Shown here in pieces: positions 58,779-64,000 of a stretch of 64,000 nt of DNA. Position 1 is the stretch's first letter. Every line of letters begins with the position of its first letter. The translations under genes and the position numbers were made by a program. Source of the DNA: Octopus vulgaris. Its lineage: Eukaryota. The DNA lies in NCBI GenBank assembly GCA_951406725.2, contig OX597816.1, positions 61,318,001 through 61,382,000 of the forward strand, written 5' to 3'. The notes beneath the pieces were generated by a model, which was not told the origin of the DNA, made no database searches, and worked only from the letters and a program-made list of their open reading frames with translations.

Positions 58779-59708
58779 ACATATGAACCACAGATACTCT
58801 CAAGTACAAAGTGCTTACAAGAATAAATTAAATCTTGATTTGTATAAGAAATTCCTTTATAAAGTCAAATAATTATCGTCAATATAATTTGTTTATCTTG
58901 ACAGTTTATGCATGATGTTTCTGAAAATATTTGTTATGACAAAGTTAAGTTTCGCAGATAAACAGTGTGCACATGTAAACTGCTAACACTTACTACAAAT
59001 ATTCGTTTTTACTCTAGGCACAAAACCCAAAATTTTTGGGGATGGGGGTGGCAGTCAATTAGATCGACCCCAGTGCACAACTGGTACTTAATTTATCGAC
59101 TCCAAAAGGATGTAAGGCAAGATTGACCTCGGCAGAATTTGAACTCAGAACATAAAGACATGAAATACCGCTAAGCATTTCGCCCGGCATGCTAATATTT
59201 CTGCCAGTTCGCCGCCTTACTCACCACAAATATTGCAGCAAGACTGATTATAAAACAGAATTGTGATAACAAAGTGTCTCTGCCCCTTCTATAGGGGCTT
59301 CTCCCATCTGCATACCTTATGTATGCAGAATTTTGAAAAGTAGATTTGTGAACAACCCACCTAGGAACACATCCATAGCAAGAAGATTGGAAGTATTGAT
59401 GGAATTACAAATATCCCAAAAGTTGACAGAACCCCTTTGAAGTCTTCAGCAGAATTCCCTGAAATGCTAACATTTCAACCAGATCTCTGGTATAAGGAAA
59501 ATTTGATATCCTGATGTGCTGCTTCCTCCTGCATTAACCCAAAAACTGTAGTTTCTTCCTCTTCTTTCCTTCTACCTGTAAGAAATGGGTGTTACCCTGT
59601 CTCTGATAAAACCAAAATTAAAAAAAAAAAGAAGCTATTTAGAAAAAGTGTTACTGCAAAGACTAGATAAAAATGTTGTATAAAAAAACCTTTTTTTTTC
59701 CTTAATAG

Positions 59709-59850
59709 GTTTATGACTGATTTTGAGGCTTGGATGGAACAGTGTGACTTGTATATAGCTGAAAATGATTATGCTAAAGCTTCTTTCTGTATGGAGGAAT
59801 TGATATTATCTAATCCTCACAATCATCTCTACCATCTGAAATATGCTGAG
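59709..59850 (+). CDS. EMC2: EMC2 exon 7 ([47 protein letters not shown])
   Basis: TAG/GTAAG, 142 nt. DYAKA.FC.EEL...NPHNHLY...YAE motif. Confidence 0.97.
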
Positions 59851-61174
59851 GTAAGCACAAATTAATTTCTTATTTCTTTATTGCCCACAAGGGGCTAAAC
59901 GTAGAGGGAACAAAAAAAGGACAGACAGAGGGATTAAGTCGATTACATCGACTCCAGTGTGTAACTGGTACTTATTTAATTGACCCTGAAAGGATGAAAG
60001 GCAAAGTCGACCTTGGCGGAATTTGAACTCAGAACGTAGCAGCAGACGAAATACCGCTAAGCATTTCGCCCAGCGTGTTAACGTTTCTGCCAGATTGCCA
60101 CCTTAATTAGTTTCTGGTTATATTAGAAACTACTAATATAACCAGAAACTACATTGTGCTCGCCGCACAAATTAATTTCTATGCATGCTTATTGCTTTTT
60201 CCGTTTATTAGCAATCATTTTGTCATATATTCTATTTTGTATCATCTGTAATAGTATTGAACGAAATGCCTTGTATGTTTTGGCTCTTTGCATTCTGGCA
60301 GTAACACCTGCAGTGACTTTAATGCCAAGGTACATCAGACCTAGCCTTTCCTTTGGATAACATTACTGGCATGGAAAGAAGAAACTTGCAGTTGCTGGTC
60401 GACCGTAGAAAAAAAGAAAATTGCAAATGGTCTTTCTGGTTGCAGATATGTAGTTTATCCTGACCAATGGATGCCTGAAAGATTGTACTTTATTTGAAGG
60501 GCAGTGGAGATGTAAGAAAACTGGACTGGGTGATTTATTGGATTGAAACTTGTTCAGTGACTCACTTCTGATTTAAAATCCAGTTATGGCCACATGAACT
60601 GCTCAAAGACTTTGAAGATCATCTTTGAAAATGTTTAGCATTAAGTATGATTGAATTGAAGCACTTGGAATTACTGAGTGTGAGAGTAATCTTGGTAGAT
60701 ATTTAAGAGAGAAAAAGAGAAGGCTAAGCCAATGACCTGTTAGCAGAAAAATCTATAAGGGAGCCTCTGCATAGTCGCATGACCTACTAGAAATGACAGC
60801 TAAATCTTTTGAATTCTATCCTACTTCAGCAGAATAAGCAGAGCAGTGCACAATGTAGTGATCCTAGAGAGACAGCTAAGATGGGATGTCATGGCTGTAC
60901 TGCTTTTGATCAAAGATCTGTTCGATGAAAACTGACTTAAGATTGAACATTAACAACTAGAAAAACTCACAGGGATTGGTTTTGTTAGCCATTTGCATAC
61001 CCATATTGATCTCAGATAAAATGTAAAGTTAGTGCAGACATGGCTAGTGATCCAGCTGGGCAGCACTTTAGGCAAGTGTTTTTTTACCATAACCTCAGAG
61101 TGACCAATGCCTTGTGAATGGAATTTGTTAGAATGGAATCTGTGCAGAAGTCCGTTTGTATATATATATAGAAC

Positions 61175-61370
61175 GCCATGATGGACCGTTAGCTCCTACA
61201 CGCATTTTTTCTCTCCTTGTTTCTTTTCTGTGTATCTTTCTGTCGAAGAGCGTTGGCTCGAAACGTAAAAGACTTGTTCTATTTCTATTCCTGAGCACCA
61301 TACTAATACATTTGTGTGTTTGTACTCCACCTGCCTTCGTCTTTTGTTTATTTTCGTAAACCTTCCCGTT
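61175..61370 (+). mobile_element. Penelope-type short repeat with a hammerhead-like motif, within (TA)n
   Basis: tctttCTGTCGAaGAGCgttgGCTCGAAACgtaaaaga at 61235-61272. Homologous to 15532-15668. Confidence 0.6.
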
Positions 61371-61384
61371 ATATATATATATAT

Positions 61385-61402
61385 ATCTCTAATTCACATG
61401 TA

Positions 61403-61438
<36 letters not shown>

Positions 61439-62465
61439 TCTACAAGCTGTGAATTTCCGATTGCGAACAAGATAGGTGTTTTGAATTGCTATTTTCAACT
61501 CTTTACTGACCATTCATAATTTTATCAAATTTCTCTGTCTATCTTTGACCATTCATAATTTTATCAAATTTCTCTATCTGTCTATCTTATCTAATCTTAT
61601 TCATTTCATATCATTTCTCCTCATATTAATCAACATTCGTATCTTCGCGCCATCTTGAAGCCTTTTCTCTCTAATTCACATGTACTATCTCTCTCTCTCT
61701 CTCTCTCATCTACAAGCTGTGAATTTCCGTTTGCGAACAAGATAGGTGTTTTGAATTGCTATTTTCAACTCTTTACTGACCATTCATAATTTTATCAAAT
61801 TTCTCTGTCTATCTTTGACCATTCATAATTTTATCAAATTTCTCTATCTGTCTATCTTATCTAATCTTATTCATTTCATATCATTTCTCCTCGTATTAAT
61901 CAACATTCGTATCTTCGCGCCATCTCTCTAATTCACATGTACTTTTCTCTCTAATTCACATGTACTATCTCTCTCTCTCTCTCTCATCTACAAGCTGTGA
62001 ATTTCCGATTGCGAACAAGATAGGTGTTTTGAATTGCTATTTTCAACTCTTTACTGACCATTCATAATTTTATCAAATTTCTCTGTCTATCTTTGACCAT
62101 TCATAATTTTATCAAATTTCTCTATCTGTCTATCTTATCTAATCTTATTCATTTCATATCATTTCTCCTCGTATTAATCAACATTCGTATCTTCGCGCCA
62201 TCTTGAAGCCTTTTCTCTCTAATTCACATGTACTATCTCTCTCTCTCTCTCTCATCTACAAGCTGTGAATTTCTGATTGCGAACAAGATAGGTGTTTTGA
62301 ATTGCTATTTTCAACTCTTTACTGACCATTCATAATTTTATCAAATTTCTCTGTCTATCTTTGACCATTCATAATTTTATCAAATTTCTCTATCTGTCTA
62401 TCTTATCTAATCTTATTCATTTCATATCATTTCTCCTCGTATTAATCAACATTTGTATCTTCGCG
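61385..62465. repeat. Tandem array, about 4 copies of a 270-285-bp unit
   Basis: tctctaattcacatgtactatctctc.. restarts at about 61385, 61668, 61947 and 62216. Each unit has an internal duplicated tgaccattcataattttatcaaatttctct. Confidence 0.95.
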
Positions 62466-62953
62466 GTGCACCCGCCCTACCCACCCCCACCACCAATACT
62501 GGATATCTATATTTTTGCTCCATCTATACCGGATGTCGCTTCTCCCACCACCATTATAGGTGTCTACTCTTCGAACCCCCCTCTTCAATACGCTATTTCA
62601 CCATGCATTACCCCTCTCTCGATATCCTACGTTCTACTTGCCTAGAACCTGTCATTTCTCTGAACCACCCCTCCCCACTGGTGCTTCCCTATATTTCTGC
62701 ACCCCCCCACATAAAAAGCACCATCCGAACGTGGCCGATGCCAGACCCGTCTGGCACCTGTGCAGGTGGCATGTAAAAAACACCCACTACACTCGCGGAG
62801 TGGTTGGCGTTAGGAAGGGCATCCAGCTGTAGAAACACTGCCAGACTAGACTGGAGCCTGGGGCAGTCCCGAGCTCCCCAGACCCCGGTCGAAACCGTCC
62901 AACCCGTGCTAGCGCGGAAAACGGACGTTAAACGATGATGATGATGATGATGA

Positions 62954-63000
<47 letters not shown>

Positions 63001-63957
63001 GTCTGAGTATTTCTTTTACTGATGTATATTGGTGAAAGTTGAAAAAAAATGGCATAGTTTATAAAATAAAAAGTACTGTCTACTTGAATTTTACAGACAC
63101 ACCTTAGTCACTCTGTCCATTGTAAATACAATAAATGACTCACTGGAAACCTATAAAAGCAGTGATATTATTGTTTACAAACTGTATAATTTATAAAAGA
63201 AAATATAAAAGTAAGATCTCAAAATAAAGGAAGATGACTGTTGTTGTCTTCCCATCATGAAAAGATTGTGAATCAGTATTTATACGTGTACCCACAATTA
63301 GTTTTTTTTCCCCCCCCCCATTTTAAATTCTGTTATAATCATAATCTACACCACCCGAGAGGTATTTTTTACTTTCTTGTTTCAGCCAAGCGGCTACATC
63401 ATCATCATCGTTTAATGTCCGCTTTCCATGCTAGCATGGGTTGGATGATTTGACTGAGGGCCGGCGAATCAGATGGCTGCACCAGGCTCCAGTCTTGATC
63501 TGGCAGAGTTTCTACAGCTGGATGCCCTTCCTAACACCAACCACTCCGAGAGTGCAGTGAGTACTTTTATGTGCCACCAGCACGGGGGCCAGTCAGGCGG
63601 TACTGGCAACGACCTTGCTCGAATCTTTTTACACATGCCAATGGCACAGGTGCCAGTAAGGCAATGCTGGTAATGATCTCGCTCGAATGGTGCCTTTTAC
63701 ATGCCACCAGTACGGAAGCCAGTTAGCCGCTCTGGCGATGATCACGCTCGGATGGTGTAGAAAGTTTCAGTAAAAAAATAATCGTTTTTTTGATAGTTAC
63801 GAGGAAACAGTTGATTTTAGTGAATTATCCTAAACTCCTTTACTGCCCCTCCAAAACATTTTTCACAACAAATTCTAATATAACCAGAAACTACATTATC
63901 TGAAAAGTATATCTAGAAAATGTCATAACTGATTACAAATTTTGTTCTTATTTACAG

Positions 63958-64000
63958 ATTAAATATACACAAGGTGGTCCTGAAAACCTTGAAATAGCTA
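63958..64000 (+). CDS. EMC2: EMC2 exon 8, partial (IKYTQGGPENLEIA), runs off the window
   Basis: CAG acceptor. KYTQGG.ENLE motif. Confidence 0.96.
   Translation, partial: MKYTQGGPENLEIA

Noticed and set aside
51580-59535. Repeated tttgatatcctgatgtgct motif (about 51580 and 59502) considered as intronic snoRNAs
   Set aside because: No consistent C/D or H/ACA layout. More likely old LINE fragments.
61385-62465. CRISPR-like array
   Set aside because: Whole units repeat with no unique spacers, and the context is eukaryotic.

Overview
AT-rich, repeat-dense eukaryotic genomic DNA. The SINE families and (TA)n/(TACA)n load suggest an octopod cephalopod; this is recognised from memory, not from a database search. 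One clear gene is present: EMC2/TTC35 (ER membrane complex subunit 2, TPR protein) on the + strand. Coding exons 1-8 span 44073-64000, have canonical GT-AG introns and splice in frame; the gene continues beyond the window. A weak candidate minus-strand micro-exon chain starts near a CpG-rich region at about 14.1-14.7 kb. The rest is mobile and repetitive DNA: several SINE families, RTE, CR1 and R4/Dong LINE remnants, mariner, hAT and Merlin-like elements, a solo LTR, Penelope-type inverted repeats with hammerhead-like motifs, an 8-kb compound microsatellite, and six non-autonomous Helitrons. The most unusual structure is a roughly 3-kb palindrome (28188-31235). It has a central fold-back of 166-bp units, flanked at the identical nucleotide on both sides by outward-pointing Helitrons carrying Pif1 fragments, and includes a seamless CTAG|TC head-to-tail Helitron junction. 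The very long ORFs at 20-28 kb are microsatellite artefacts.
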